DNA of 64,000 bases from assembly GCA_964636125.1 (NCBI GenBank), contig CAZWPX010000021.1, forward strand, positions 14,045 to 78,044, read 5' to 3'. The stretch's first letter is position 1, and each line of letters starts with the position of its first letter. This DNA comes from an uncultured Desulfobacterales bacterium (GTDB lineage Bacteria > Desulfobacterota > Desulfobacteria > Desulfobacterales > CAJINA01). Under the pieces are notes generated by a model that saw only the letters and a program-made list of their open reading frames with translations, had not been told where the DNA came from and did no database searches. Below, in pieces: positions 38,039-49,200 of this stretch. The position numbers and the translations under genes were made by a program.

Positions 38039-39769
38039 TCAGGATTCATCGAGAACAATGCGAACCGCATTGGCCAGATTTTCCAGGGTAATCGGTTTTT
38101 CCAGAGTGTCACGAATGCCATTGGAGCGAAATTTCACATGGTCCAGTTTGCCGCTGAAAGCTGAATAGACAACGACCTTCGCATCCGATCGCAGGGCGAC
38201 AACTTTCTCAGCCAACTGGTCCCCGGTGAGCCCCGGCATGGTCCAGTCGGTTAACAGCAGATCAAAGCCGTCCGGGTCATTACGGTAAAGTTCCAGAGCC
38301 TCTTCAGAACTGTTGACATTTTCGCACTGATATCCCAGAGAATTGAGCATTTTGCACAGCGTAAAGGCTACGGTACGGGCGTCATCAACCACCAGGATGC
38401 GCTCGCTGCCTTTGGGAAGTTGTTCAAATGTCAGCGGGTCCGCCTCTACCTGGGCAATGACCTTGGGCAGCAGGATCTCCACCTGGGTGCCCTCACCCGG
38501 TTTGCTGGTAATGGAAATAGTGCCCCCGTGATCCTTAATGATACTGCGAACGGTAGGCAGCCCCATGCCGGTTCCCACACCTCCGGATTTGGTTGTATAG
38601 TAGGGGTCGAATATTTTTTTGAGTGTTTCCGGGGTCATGCCGCAGCCGTTGTCCGCGATGCGGATTTTTATAAAACAGCCCGGTTTCAGTCCAGGGTGGA
38701 CCAGGACCTGGTCTTTGCTCAGTTCCACCAGGCTGGATTCAATATTCAAAACACCATGAGCACTCCCCATCGCATCCCGGGCGTTTTTCATCAGGTCGGT
38801 GAGTGCCTGGTGCATCTGCTTGGGATCCGCCAGAATCAAGCCCTCCCGGAAGGAAAGATTGCCGCGGATAGAAATGGTTTCAGGCAGGAAAATACGAAAA
38901 AGTTTAATAGCCTGCTTGAGGACCTTCTGACTGTTGAGCGGTATCTTTTCCTGGCGCCCCTGGCTGGTAAAGGTGAGAATCTGCTCAACGAGATCCATAG
39001 CGCTGTCACTGGCTTTAAGGATTTCACAGATATCTTCGCGAACATTCTGATCTTCAAGATCGAGCATGGCAATCTCGGCAAATCCGGAAATGGCATTAAT
39101 AATGTTTTTCAAATCATGGGCGATACCGGCGGACAATCTTTCCAGGGCGCGGTTTTTTTCAGCATTCGCTTTCTGTACCTGCTGGCGGGCGGTTTCCCGA
39201 GTTTGGGCTTCAAGGGCTTCGTGTAGGCGAGCATTTTCAATAGCCAGGGCGGCATGGTCTGAGAAGATGGTGAAGAGCCGGACATCATCCTTGGTAAAAA
39301 CGGTTCCCTCTTCTTTGTTTATGGCCTCAAGAACGCCGATTGTTTTACCGTTCACCAGCAAGGGTACCGCGAGGATAGATCTTGTTTTAAAACCTGTCAG
39401 TTTATCCATGGCCGCATCAAAACGCGAGTCTGTGCTGACATCCGGTACGATAAGCGCCTTCTCATTTTCAGCGACCCATCCTGCGATACCAACACCCTTT
39501 TGAATGCGTTTGTCCGCCAGTTTGTCCGCTGCGGGACCGGTTGGGATCGTGAAAACCAGATCGCCGTTTTTTTCGTCGACGAGAAACAAGGTGACCGCTT
39601 CGGACTTGGCAACTTGGCCGGCATCCTTTAAAATCCGGGTAAGCACCTCGTATAGATTCAAAGAGGCGTGCAGGGACAGCAGTTCTTTCTTCATAACAAG
39701 GTAGAGGTCATTCCGTCTTGCGGCAGGTTCATTTCCCGCATTTGTTATCGGTCGAGCATGCGTTGTCAT
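38039..39769 (-). CDS. Hybrid sensor histidine kinase (GAF, HisKA, HATPase_c and receiver domains)
   Basis: GAF region (VTLFLVDEKNGDLVF ... GIAGWVAENEKALIV). H box SAGIAHDLKN. ATPase motifs DNGCGM and GTGMGL. Receiver motifs ILVVDD ... LLLTDWTMPGLTG. Confidence 0.9.
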   Translation of the reverse strand: MTTHARPITNAGNEPAARRNDLYLVMKKELLSLHASLNLYEVLTRILKDAGQVAKSEAVTLFLVDEKNGDLVFTIPTGPAADKLADKRIQKGVGIAGWVAENEKALIVPDVSTDSRFDAAMDKLTGFKTRSILAVPLLVNGKTIGVLEAINKEEGTVFTKDDVRLFTIFSDHAALAIENARLHEALEAQTRETARQQVQKANAEKNRALERLSAGIAHDLKNIINAISGFAEIAMLDLEDQNVREDICEILKASDSAMDLVEQILTFTSQGRQEKIPLNSQKVLKQAIKLFRIFLPETISIRGNLSFREGLILADPKQMHQALTDLMKNARDAMGSAHGVLNIESSLVELSKDQVLVHPGLKPGCFIKIRIADNGCGMTPETLKKIFDPYYTTKSGGVGTGMGLPTVRSIIKDHGGTISITSKPGEGTQVEILLPKVIAQVEADPLTFEQLPKGSERILVVDDARTVAFTLCKMLNSLGYQCENVNSSEEALELYRNDPDGFDLLLTDWTMPGLTGDQLAEKVVALRSDAKVVVYSAFSGKLDHVKFRSNGIRDTLEKPITLENLANAVRIVLDES

Positions 39770-40064
39770 AGAGGATCCTTGGCGCTTAGTTCTATAAAGA
39801 TAAATTGTGCAGGCCAGTCAGTCTGAAATTTGGAATCATCTTGAGCCTACTGAAGTATTAACTCGGCAGAATAAAATGCAAAATACGTGCCAGTAAATAC
39901 GAATTATAAGGAAATTAAAATATATGTAAAAACAGGTGGATAGAGGCAGGGTTGCTGATCGAGAATCGGTCGTCGTCAAAAAATGGTGTAAATATATTGT
40001 GCCTATAAGCTTTCTCCAATAAATGTCGATCTAAGGCCCGGGGCTGATATTGGCACACAAGACC

Positions 40065-40406
40065 TCAGGTCAAGTAGCGATTTATGATTCGTTTAAAGCG
40101 CATGGTCCAATAGGGGATGTTGACCGGTATTACCAGGCGGGGATCAAAATTAAGGTTTTTAATGCCGCCCAGGACTGACAGGTAATGGACATGATCGCCT
40201 ACTGAGAGTGTACATCCATGGGCATGCACCCACCGGCGGTTTTTGCGGAAGTACGCGTCGAAAAGTGATTTAATTGTTTTGAGCGGCATATCATTGGAAC
40301 GGGTCTGTTTTTCATCAATCTGGTTAGCTGTTTGATAGCTGCTGTCAATTTTTTCAGGGTCATAGCGATCACAGCGCAATATCATTACTTTGTGCTTTTT
40401 CTGCAT
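40065..40406 (-). CDS. Hypothetical protein (113 aa)
   Basis: Start MQKKHKVMILRC after CAGGAGAACCCT. The track ORF extends to 40529 but has no RBS there. Confidence 0.45.
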   Translation of the reverse strand: MQKKHKVMILRCDRYDPEKIDSSYQTANQIDEKQTRSNDMPLKTIKSLFDAYFRKNRRWVHAHGCTLSVGDHVHYLSVLGGIKNLNFDPRLVIPVNIPYWTMRFKRIINRYLT

Positions 40407-40678
40407 AGGGTTCTCCTGAATCTTGAAAATACGCTGTATGCTCGAGCAGGTAATATAGAGGGCCGGACTCATACACGCACCCATAAGGTGGTAAGCGGTC
40501 CGGATTGAGAGGGAGTTTAGGCGGTCCAAAATCTATTTGTCAAGGAGAGTCATGTTCAACCGGGGCAAAATCAGCTTTTGCAAAAGATCGGGTTCAACGC
40601 GCCCACAATTCACTACAGGCGTTTCTGGATGCCTCAGTTCAAGCTCGGTCCCAGGGTAGGCATTGCCGGTCCGACAAG

Positions 40679-42598
40679 CTATTGGTCCTTTCGCAGGAGG
40701 GCATCACGCAGCCCGGACCTGCGCTCTACCCGGGCTGTCACCGCTTTGTTGAAGATGTCGTCATTTGCCCAAATTTCTACTTTACAGCGAGCCCGGGTGA
40801 TCCCGGTGTAAACCAGCTCACGGGTAAACACAGGTGAATCAACCGGTGGCAGGATCATCAGAATCTGGTCAAATTCAGAGCCCTGGGACTTGTGAATTGT
40901 CATGGCGTAGACGGTCTCGTGGGCGGGCAGCCGTACCGGCGCCAGCGTTCGGAAGCCACCCTGCCGGTCCGGAAAATAGGCCCGCTTTTCCCGGGTTTCA
41001 TCCTCCCAGATGATACCCACATCCCCGTTATACAGCTTCAGGCTGTAATGATTGCTGAGAATCATGATAGGCCGCCCCGGATAGTAGTCCCGGGTCATGT
41101 CAATGAACCCCTGTTTCTGAAAAATGGTTTCCATAAGCAGGTTTATGTTTTTAACGCCGTAAGGCCCTTTGCGGTGTGAACAGAGGATTCGGAATGTTTC
41201 GAGAACAGAAAAAGCCTCCTGGACGTTTTGGGCCCTGAACAGATCGGCATAATTGGATGCCAGATCTGCGGCCAGGACACTTTCCAGTTCGGATGAGCCG
41301 GGCAGTTGTCGTTTAATGACAGTTTTGGATGTATCGGTTTCGATCAGTTCCAGGGCCCGGCTAATATCCCCCCGGTTGACTGCCTGGCTGACGGTGCCGA
41401 TGGCTGAGCTTTCATCGAATCGGTAGCTGAATTTTAGCTCAACCGCACAATCAGAAAGGGCTGTGCGGCCGGGGACACAGACCCGATCCATCTTTTCTCC
41501 ACTGCTGCCGGCATAGGCATCGCAAAATTCCCTGGAAAACTGATTTGTATCCGCGGCTTCACAGATGTCCCCCAGGACTGCCCCGGCTTCAACTGACGCG
41601 AGCTGGTTTTTATCTCCCAGCAGGATGACCCGGGTTTGATCTGCAGCAGCCAGGACCAGCTTGGCCATCAGGGCCAGGGAGACCATGGACGCTTCATCCA
41701 CGATCAGGATATCAGCTGATAAAGGGTAGTGACTATCATGGTAAAAGTAGGGCGAGTTGCGTCTTACCCCCAGCAGCCGGTGGATAGTGGTGGCTTCCTC
41801 CGGGATTGCCGCTAAAAGGCTGGGGGCACACACAAGGGCCTGCTTGGCTTTTTTAATGGACTCCTGCAGCCTCGCAGCGGCTTTTCCGGTTGGCGCACAC
41901 AAGGATATTTTCAGCCCAGAATCCTGCTCCAGGAGAAGGGCCAGGATGTGGGTAACCGTATGGGTTTTACCTGTCCCGGGACCGCCGGAAATAATACAGA
42001 AATTATTGGTCGCGGCCGCATAGGCGGCCACCTTCTGCCAGTTCGGGCTTGACCCGGCATGGTCGAAATACCGGCGCAGACCCGCCTGGAGAAGATGCCG
42101 GTCTACAGGTGGGCCGTGCATCCCGGTCCTGCTTTTAATAGCGGCGGCCAACTGGTGCTCATAGGTCCAGTAGCGGTAAAGATACAGGCGTTGCTGCCGG
42201 TCAAGTATCAGGGGTTGATATTCACCGGGTCGGCCCACAACCGTACTTCCCTTCAATTGGGCAGCCCAGGTGTCCGCTACCGGGGTCCGGATGCGGTTCA
42301 GTCGGTCGGGCAAGTTTTCCGAAGGGTCATTAAACAATGTGGCCAGCGGCCTGTCGGCGAGCGCTTTTATATCGAGGCATATGTGTTTTGCGCCGGAAGT
42401 GATATTGCTCACCAGCACGCCGGCCAGGGAGAGTTCTGCGCTGGCTGTATCGCCCGCCAGGGTTGTAAGCAAATCAGAGAACTTCAGATCAATATCCTGC
42501 AGCAGATTGTTTTCGTACAGGGATTGAATTTTGTATTTGTCCATAGATGTTTCAACCTCGATGGCCTGATTTTCAGAGCCGGGCAAAAGAAATTGCAC
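40679..42598 (-). CDS. recD: Exodeoxyribonuclease V alpha subunit RecD
   Basis: Motifs ISGGPGTGKTHTV, LIVDEASMV and MTIHKSQGSEF. It is last in the recC-recB-recD order. There is a GTG start at 42598 and an alternative ATG at 42544. Confidence 0.9.
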   Translation of the reverse strand: MQFLLPGSENQAIEVETSMDKYKIQSLYENNLLQDIDLKFSDLLTTLAGDTASAELSLAGVLVSNITSGAKHICLDIKALADRPLATLFNDPSENLPDRLNRIRTPVADTWAAQLKGSTVVGRPGEYQPLILDRQQRLYLYRYWTYEHQLAAAIKSRTGMHGPPVDRHLLQAGLRRYFDHAGSSPNWQKVAAYAAATNNFCIISGGPGTGKTHTVTHILALLLEQDSGLKISLCAPTGKAAARLQESIKKAKQALVCAPSLLAAIPEEATTIHRLLGVRRNSPYFYHDSHYPLSADILIVDEASMVSLALMAKLVLAAADQTRVILLGDKNQLASVEAGAVLGDICEAADTNQFSREFCDAYAGSSGEKMDRVCVPGRTALSDCAVELKFSYRFDESSAIGTVSQAVNRGDISRALELIETDTSKTVIKRQLPGSSELESVLAADLASNYADLFRAQNVQEAFSVLETFRILCSHRKGPYGVKNINLLMETIFQKQGFIDMTRDYYPGRPIMILSNHYSLKLYNGDVGIIWEDETREKRAYFPDRQGGFRTLAPVRLPAHETVYAMTIHKSQGSEFDQILMILPPVDSPVFTRELVYTGITRARCKVEIWANDDIFNKAVTARVERRSGLRDALLRKDQ

Positions 42599-42622
42599 TC
42601 GGCTGGTGCAACGGGCGCGTGT

Positions 42623-45600
42623 TTACAACCCAAAAAGATCGCACAATGCCGCGACCATCCTGCTCGGCGGGCGGTCATAGAAGATACCGGATTCCGGATG
42701 CTCAGGGTGGATGCCACGCACAAACAGGTAGAATACACCACCGAAATGCCGCTCATAAGTATACTCGGAAATTCGGCTGGCAAGATACTTGTGCAGCGCC
42801 ACGGTATAAATGTAATACTGGAGATTATACAACGCTTTGGCCATGCTTTCGGCCAGGTGCTCTGCAGCGTAATCAGCGTAGTGGTTGCCCAGGTGATTGG
42901 TCTTCCAGTCAAGCAGGTAGTATTTACCTTCAAACTCAAAAACCAAGTCGATGAAACCCCGCATAAACCCCTGGACAGGATGAAATTCGAGGGCGCCTAA
43001 TTTTTCCGTGAATCCGGCAGTGCCGACATTTTCAGTATCAATGAATCTGGCAAAAACGGCCTGCAAGGTTTTTGCGGTAAAGTGTTTCACCGGAAAATAG
43101 AATTCCAGTTCAGGTATCCGCCGCTCAGCAGGTATCCTGCCCAGGGTAAAATCGGCCCGGCCGGGCATCAACGGGGCCTGCAGGACCGCTCTGGCCATAC
43201 AGTACACGCTTTCGGCGCGCGGGGAGCCGGTGACGCTGCCCGGTGCGGGTTCGTCCAGGCCGAATTTTTGCAGCATCGTCTCGATCAGGACCCGATCCTG
43301 TATCGCATCACGCATGGCGAAATCCAGGTTTTCAAAAATTGCATGGATACAGGATCCGGTCAGGGTACCGCCGGGGAAAGCAAAAAAGGTGTGCCCCGGG
43401 GCAGGCTGAACAGCAACGGGGCCGGACACGAATTCATCGGCTTTCAACCGATGCAAGGTTGCATGGCTGCCGGTGGGTAATTTTTCTGCAGCCAGCATTG
43501 AAAAACTGGCAATTTTCCAATCCTGCGAGATCTTTTCCGCCGGGTTGAAAACCCGGCAGGTCAGGTTTGCGCGTGTGTGGTCATCAGGTGGTTGGTAGGG
43601 TTCGGGTACGGGTGTGATCGCGCTGGAGAGCGTGATGCCATTTTCGGGGCCCGCCATCTGTTGGGCCACAATGTCTCCCAGGGCATCCTCATCCAGGTGT
43701 TTGATACGGTTGATCGTCTGCTGGCAGATCTCTTTCTCCATAGGGCTGCCACCGGTGAGAATATAATCCAGTGCCGTAGCCGCAGGCGTACCGATGCGGC
43801 CGAATGTGAGATAGCAACGGTTTTGGGCCCGAGTCAAGGCCACGTAAAGCAGCCGTACGAGCTCGGAAAGATTTTCCCTGGCCGCCAGCGCCTTGTGTGC
43901 CTGCCCGTGCTGGTCAGTACCGATATCCAGGTAATACCGGTTATCGGCGTGAAAAATGATACCATCGTCACGGGGAGCGGCATTTTGCTGCCACATGAAT
44001 GGGCAGAAGACAATTGGGAATTGCAGCCCCTTGCTGCGAAAGACAGTTAAAATCTGGACAGCCTCGTCGTCGCGTTCAAGCCGCAGTTCCTGTTCTTCCC
44101 GGGCTTCTTCCGACACCCTTTGCTCCCTGATCCAGTTCAGCACACCGTTGAGGCCCAGGTCTTGTTCAGAAACGGCCGTGTGGATCAATTCGGCCAGGTG
44201 CAGCACGTTGGTCAGCCGCCGTTCACCATAGGTGTGGGCCAGAAGTTTTCGGCGGACCTGGTAGTCGCTCATGAATTTGCGGAACGCGGCCATAAATCCG
44301 CGGGCTTCCCATAACTCGTGGTAGTCGGCAAATCGGTCCAGGTGGAATTCGTAGTCGGTCAGGCGGGTGTCATCTTCCATAAACGCGAGAATCTCACCCG
44401 CGGGACATCCAACCAGACTCGTGGCCAGGGCGGTATTCAGTTTCACCGGGTTTCCCGGAGCGGACATCGCGGCAAGAATGTGGGTCATTTCCCGCGCCTC
44501 CGCCGCCTGGAAAATGTTGCCGGCCTGGGAGATAACAGCCGGGATGCCGAGTTTTCCCAGATGCGTTTTGAATAGCTGTGCATCCGCGTTGCGGGTGACC
44601 AGGACCGCAAGATCCGAAGGTGTTACCGGCCGGGTGTCAATGCGCGCCTGACCCCGGGCGGACAGGGCCAGGATGCGTGCGATTTCAGCCACCACAGCGG
44701 TGGCGGCTGTTTCCCGGGCCTGGGCCTTATTGGGATTCTTGCGGGTATTGCCGGTGTTTTCTCGATTAAGGGACCACAGCACCAGGCTCCCGACGGTATC
44801 ACCTGCAATGTGCAGCGGTGACGCGTTGCCGACACTCTGACCGGCGGCCCGCACCGGAATGTAGCTGACCGCATTGCCCAGAACAAAAGGATTCTCGGCC
44901 TGGCTGAAAAATTGGTTTATCGCACTCACCAGCTGTGATTCTGAACGCCAGTTCGAATGCAACGTGAATTTACGACCGGGCGGGATACGCGCAGCGGCCT
45001 GGATGTAGGCAAAGATGTCCGCCCCGCGAAAACCATAAATGGATTGCTTGGGATCACCGATGAGAAACAGGCTTTTGCCCTTCTGGTTGAAAACCGTATC
45101 GAAAATTTCATACTGGATCGGATCTGTGTCCTGGAATTCGTCAATCAAGGCTGCGTCGAATTTCTTTTTGATGGCACGGGTGAGCGGGCTGTCATTATCG
45201 GCTCGCAGGGCTTTCTGGACAGTGGTTAGCAGATCGTCAAAGGATTGAATGTTGGCGGTCTGTTTTCTTTTGGCAAGCTCTGATTTGAGATAATCGGCAT
45301 ACTGGTGCCTGATCCAGATGCCATAGGCCTGTTCTGCCCGGGTGTAGGCCTCGCAAAGATCAAAAAATCGAAGTTCAGGGGGAGCGAATCCTGTTTTCAG
45401 GCAGCCGGCGATGTGTGTGGTCGTGAACAGGCTGAGGGCGCCCAGGGCCTCAGGCGGCGGTTGGGTTGTGCAGGCCTGGCCGACAGCTGCGATGAACCCT
45501 TCAAGGGCAGCCTTGCGAAAAGGGTTTTTACTCTTACTGAATCCGGAATCAGGAGCCCGGAGAACATTTTTAATGGTGTCGGCCGCCGCATCCCATTCCC

Positions 45601-46270
45601 GTCGCAGGTCTGCGTGTGCCCGGGTAAGGTTTTCAAGGGTCCCGGGTGCCGCTTCAGGAATGAGGGTCAAGGTGGGATTGCGGACGATTCTGTCAGCCAG
45701 GGACGTCAGGGCGCCGTAGGTAATCCGGCCGCGTTTGGCCACTGCATCCAGGAAGGCGGTGCTGCTAATGAAGTGCATTCTCCAGAAATCATCCGTAATT
45801 TCCTGAACCAGGTAGCCCTGGTCGGATACCAGCTCAGTATCAAACCTGACTGCGGATTCAAATGCGTTTTCATCCAGCACTCGTTTACAGAAGCCATGAA
45901 TGGTAAAGATGGAGGCTTCATCAAAACAGATCAGGGCATTACGCAGTCGCTTTTCGGCCGAGGCCAAAGGATTCGGCCCGGGGACCTGGCGAAGCAGGCC
46001 CCGGAGTGTGTCATTGCCGTTGGAATGGCTGCTGCAGGCAGCCCGCAGGGTATCATTGAGTGTATGCCTGATCCTGTCACGCAGCTCTTTGGTGGCGGCT
46101 TCAGTAAAGGTGACCACCAGGATCTTTCTGACCTCCAGAGCTTTTTCCAGGATCAGCCGCAAAAAGAGGTTGGCGATGGTGAACGTTTTGCCCGTGCCGG
46201 CGCTGGCCTCGATGAGGCTGGTTCCTTCAAGGGGCATTTGCATTAGATCCAGTGGCGTGTGACTGTGCAT
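42623..46270 (-). CDS. recB: Exodeoxyribonuclease V beta subunit RecB (UvrD-type helicase plus PD-(D/E)XK nuclease)
   Basis: Motifs IEASAGTGKTFTI and LIDEFQDTD. C-terminal nuclease motif GFIDLVFEFEGKYYLLDWKTN. Confidence 0.9.
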   Translation of the reverse strand: MHSHTPLDLMQMPLEGTSLIEASAGTGKTFTIANLFLRLILEKALEVRKILVVTFTEAATKELRDRIRHTLNDTLRAACSSHSNGNDTLRGLLRQVPGPNPLASAEKRLRNALICFDEASIFTIHGFCKRVLDENAFESAVRFDTELVSDQGYLVQEITDDFWRMHFISSTAFLDAVAKRGRITYGALTSLADRIVRNPTLTLIPEAAPGTLENLTRAHADLRREWDAAADTIKNVLRAPDSGFSKSKNPFRKAALEGFIAAVGQACTTQPPPEALGALSLFTTTHIAGCLKTGFAPPELRFFDLCEAYTRAEQAYGIWIRHQYADYLKSELAKRKQTANIQSFDDLLTTVQKALRADNDSPLTRAIKKKFDAALIDEFQDTDPIQYEIFDTVFNQKGKSLFLIGDPKQSIYGFRGADIFAYIQAAARIPPGRKFTLHSNWRSESQLVSAINQFFSQAENPFVLGNAVSYIPVRAAGQSVGNASPLHIAGDTVGSLVLWSLNRENTGNTRKNPNKAQARETAATAVVAEIARILALSARGQARIDTRPVTPSDLAVLVTRNADAQLFKTHLGKLGIPAVISQAGNIFQAAEAREMTHILAAMSAPGNPVKLNTALATSLVGCPAGEILAFMEDDTRLTDYEFHLDRFADYHELWEARGFMAAFRKFMSDYQVRRKLLAHTYGERRLTNVLHLAELIHTAVSEQDLGLNGVLNWIREQRVSEEAREEQELRLERDDEAVQILTVFRSKGLQFPIVFCPFMWQQNAAPRDDGIIFHADNRYYLDIGTDQHGQAHKALAARENLSELVRLLYVALTRAQNRCYLTFGRIGTPAATALDYILTGGSPMEKEICQQTINRIKHLDEDALGDIVAQQMAGPENGITLSSAITPVPEPYQPPDDHTRANLTCRVFNPAEKISQDWKIASFSMLAAEKLPTGSHATLHRLKADEFVSGPVAVQPAPGHTFFAFPGGTLTGSCIHAIFENLDFAMRDAIQDRVLIETMLQKFGLDEPAPGSVTGSPRAESVYCMARAVLQAPLMPGRADFTLGRIPAERRIPELEFYFPVKHFTAKTLQAVFARFIDTENVGTAGFTEKLGALEFHPVQGFMRGFIDLVFEFEGKYYLLDWKTNHLGNHYADYAAEHLAESMAKALYNLQYYIYTVALHKYLASRISEYTYERHFGGVFYLFVRGIHPEHPESGIFYDRPPSRMVAALCDLFGL

Positions 46271-46273
46271 GGC

Positions 46274-49200
46274 TCAATGCTCCTCGGGCAGTGCGGCCAG
46301 CAGCGGTTCGAAAACAGCGAGGGCAGTCTCCTGGAATGCTGTGGTTTCCGGCAGATCGGAGCCAAAGCTCCGGCTGAGATAAAGATTTTCTCCCTCCCCG
46401 GGATAATAACCCGGGTACCATTTCCGGCGGGCGGCCTCTATGGCCTGGGCGACGGATTGTCCCTTTACGAAAATGGCCTCGGCGTAGGCGTAGGATGTCT
46501 GCGGAAAAAAACAGAGGGGCTCCTGCAGTCCTTCCCGGAAACAATCAACCAGCTTTCCAAGGACCGCGGTTGCCGCGGCAGTCCCCACTTCTTTAAAGGC
46601 TAAACAGCTGTCCGCACCGATTACTGTTGTGGTCAGGGCCTGGCCCGGGGGGGGGGCAGCGTTTAAGGCCAGGTGGTAAACCCAGGCCTTGAGCATGTCC
46701 TTGACTTTGACTGTAGCGCACCTGAAGAAAAGTTGCCCTCCGGTATAGAGGTTTTCGAGACGACCTTGCAGGCGGGTCACTACCGGGCCTTGCAGCTGGA
46801 TTCTGAGGTCAACAGGCGGGGCCGCGGGGCCGGCCCTGTGCGGGCTGACCCTGTCTACGAACTGCTGGACCTCATCCTGATAACCGGCAAACACGGTTTG
46901 CCCCATACGTCCGTGGGGAAGCCTTCCTGAAGCGCGCAGGGCTGCATACCAGGTGTCGGGGTCGCCCCCTTCCAGGAGCGCGTCGGCCAGTTCATTTTTT
47001 ATCAGATAGGCCTGCAGAGAATCCAGTTCAAAGGGTTCGCGTTCTTCCAGGGTGCCTGAATCATCAAGCTCATAGTAAATGTGCAGCCGATTCCGGGCCA
47101 GAAATTCTGCCGGGTTGTAGAAAAAGCGGCAGAGTTGTCCAATCCCAAGCGTATCCCACTGTGTGCCGGTCAGCGGGGGCAGACCCGCCCCGGGGAAAGT
47201 CTCATCCAACCGGTCGGTTGCAAGGCTCTGTCGGGCTGCCTGGCAATTTTGCTCCGAATAGCTGAAAAGCCGTCCGTTGCCCTGGAAATAGAGGGGGCTG
47301 AATGGCTGGAGAGGATGTTTGGTGAACACATGATTATTCATATTGCGGCCGTCGGACGCCGTGTACCCTTCTGCCAGGTAGTCCAGAAGTTCCCCCACCA
47401 GAACGGATGGCGGCAGATCGGTATTGTCTTTCAGGCTGCGGCCCACGTAGCTGATAATGAATTTCTGGCGGGCCGACAGGATACTTTCAAGAAAGAGGTG
47501 ACGATCCTCGTGCCGTTTGGACCAGTCACACAGCTGCCGGTTTTTTTCCATAAGGTCGAACCCCAAGGTTCGGTTGGAGCGGGGGAATTCCCCATCATTC
47601 ATGCCGAGCATGTAGACGACTTTGAATGGAATGCTGCGCATGGGCAGCAGGGTGCAAAAAGTGACCCCGCGGCTGATAAAGCCAAAGGGCTGGACCTGTC
47701 CCCCGATTCGTTTCTCCAGGTAGGCCCGGACCACGTCGATGGAAATTGTCTCTTCAAAACCGGCCAGCGCGGTAAAGCCGGAAAGTCCTGTGTCGGTCAG
47801 TGTATCGCGCACCTGGTTGAAGTCATCCGCGGTGGTCTCGTCATTTATAAAAAAGGTGTCCAGGACCTCCTCCAGCCGGGCGGCCCACCGGGCCGGACTG
47901 CGCGGGCGGTCCAGGGCTTGGCAGCAGGTAAACAGGGCTTGCACGAACCGGGTAAAGGCCCCCAGTATCCGGGCGCCGTCACCCTCTATATCACCATAGG
48001 GGAGAATATCCGCAAAGAGGTCGGGCTGCCTGTCCGGGGGCAGGGCATAGCCGAGCAGCAGCCGCTCCAATCCGAATTGCCAGCTGTTTTCATGAAAGCC
48101 GGGTAATCCCAGCGATTCCCTGTGCCGGCCATCGATTCCCCAGCAGATGCCGCTGGCCGTTACCCAGGTCTTGATAAGTTCAAGATCATCGGTGAAGATG
48201 CCAAATTGCCTGCGAACGGACCGGACTTCAAGTAGATCCAGAACGGCCGGTGTACGGTAACGGGTTCGATCCAGGGAGAGGAGTGCTAAAAACGTATCGG
48301 CCAGGCGGTTGCTGCTGCGGATAAGTGTATCGGCGATTGAGTAGGGTATTTTTTTGGTTTCGTTTTCAGGGGCATCAAAGACTGCCTGTACCAGGGGGGC
48401 ATAGGCCGTTACGTCCGGCATCATGACCACTATATCCGTGGGCCTTAGCTCAGGCTGGCTGTCCATCTGGTGCAGCAGCAGGTCATGCAGGACCTCAACT
48501 TCTCTGAAACGGCTGTGGCAGGCATGGATCTGGATGCTGGAATCGTCCCGGGGAACAGGGCGGGCGTCACCTGCTCGCGGCTGTTCCAGGTTCAGAATGT
48601 CTGATTGCAGGGAAGCCAGCAGGGTCCGGTTACCGGGTTCCATAAAAAGATCTTCTCCGGTATCCCCGACCCTGGAGAGAATCAGGCTGAAAAATTCCCT
48701 GCCGGCGCTGCCCATGGATCCCAGCAGGCTGTTGCCGCTGTCATAGTAGGTGTCCTCTTCATAGAGGCCTGTTTGCGTAAAGCGAGCAATTTGCTTGCTG
48801 CTGTAGGCGTACTCCCAGTATTCCCGGCAGGGATTGAGGTAGTAGATGTCCACTGCCACCTGGCGGGCAATTTTTGAGAAAATGTCGATGTAAAAGGGCG
48901 GTAAAGTTGAAATACCGAACACGGATATTCTATCGGGCAGGTCAAGGATCGGTGCTTCGGTTTTCAGGAAAAAGTTTTTAAGAGCGGCATGGTGGATCGG
49001 CCCGTCGGACGATGCGGTGTCCGCCGACAGCATCTGCCAGAGGGCGGCCTGCCAGTGGGACTCTTTAAAAATTGCTTCACGCCGGGTGTCGCCCCGGTCC
49101 CACCGGGTGGTCATCTCCGGTCGCATGATAATGTAGCGTTCGAAAAGAGAGGCGATTTCAGTTGCCAGCTGGTATTTTTTCAGGCCCGTGGAATCGTTGC

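Noticed and set aside
42059-48106. Long + strand ORFs inside recD, recB and recC (42059..43000, 45305..46246, 47081..48106)
   Set aside because: They run antisense to genes with unmistakable RecB/RecC/RecD motifs. They have no RBS or motifs and a shadow-ORF composition.
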